From NCBI GenBank assembly GCA_038087875.1, contig CM075992.1:9364001-9428000 (forward strand): 64,000 nucleotides of DNA. Direction: 5' to 3'. Numbering within the stretch: position 1 is the first letter of the stretch; every line of letters begins with the position of its first letter. The notes below the pieces were generated by a model. The model was not told the origin of the DNA, did no database searches, and saw only the letters and a program-made list of their open reading frames with translations. Source of the DNA: Malacoraja senta (lineage: Eukaryota). Shown piece after piece: positions 63,547 to 64,000 of this stretch. A program made the position numbers and the translations under genes.

Positions 63547-63858
63547 AGGGGCGGCACAGTGGCGTAGTGATAGAGGTGCTGCCTTACAGTGCCAGAGACC
63601 CGGGTTACATCCTGGATACACGTGTTGTCTGGATGGAGTTTGTACGTTCTCTCCGTGACCATGTGGGTTTTCTCCAGGTGCTCCATTTTTCTCCCACGCT
63701 CCACAGACATGCAGGCTTACAGGCTAATTTGGCTTCGGTAAAAATGGTAAATTGTCCCAAGTGTGTAGGATATTGCTAGTGTATGGGGATCGCTGGTCGA
63801 CGTGGACTCGGTGGGCCGAAGGGCCTGTTTCCACGCTGTATCTGAACACTAAACTAAA
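63547..63858 (+). mobile_element. HE1-like V-SINE
   Basis: Head, V-domain, tail. Confidence 0.85.
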
Positions 63859-64000
63859 TGTCAACTTTAATTAAAGTGGTACAATTCATTGTCCATTAGT
63901 TCTGATCACCGTTAGTATGTAGGGGACAGTCAGGTAGTTCTACAAGTACGATGGTTGTCCAGGATGGGTATGTTGTCCTCCTGGTGCCAGGGTGACTGAG

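Overview
Vertebrate genomic DNA, most likely a cartilaginous fish (skate/ray/shark), inferred from HE1-type V-SINEs and HER1/CR1 LINEs. It carries two + strand genes in tandem. The first is the 3' part of calreticulin (CALR exons 4-9, ending KDEL-stop at 9313, polyA signal at 10385). The second is most of RAD23A (CpG-island promoter ~23.0-23.8 kb, coding exons 1-8 from 23281 to 63006; the last exon lies beyond the window). The rest is densely nested repeat DNA: CR1, L2, Rex1, RTE and L1 LINE fragments, Penelope-like elements with hammerhead-like motifs and fold-back termini, two decayed Tc1 transposons and several MITEs, plus a 200-N gap. Main observations: (1) a ~0.9-kb non-coding GC-rich retro-element family with a conserved G.U-containing hairpin but interchangeable L2- or Rex1-type 3' tails; (2) many short fold-back Penelope-derived hammerhead units with target duplications and apparent local DNA copying; (3) a YY1-motif/uORF upstream of RAD23A; (4) an enlarged RAD23A exon 4 and a probable GC-AG intron; (5) a Tc1 that may be horizontally transferred. 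Repeat family names come from recalled motifs, not database searches, and repeat boundaries are approximate.
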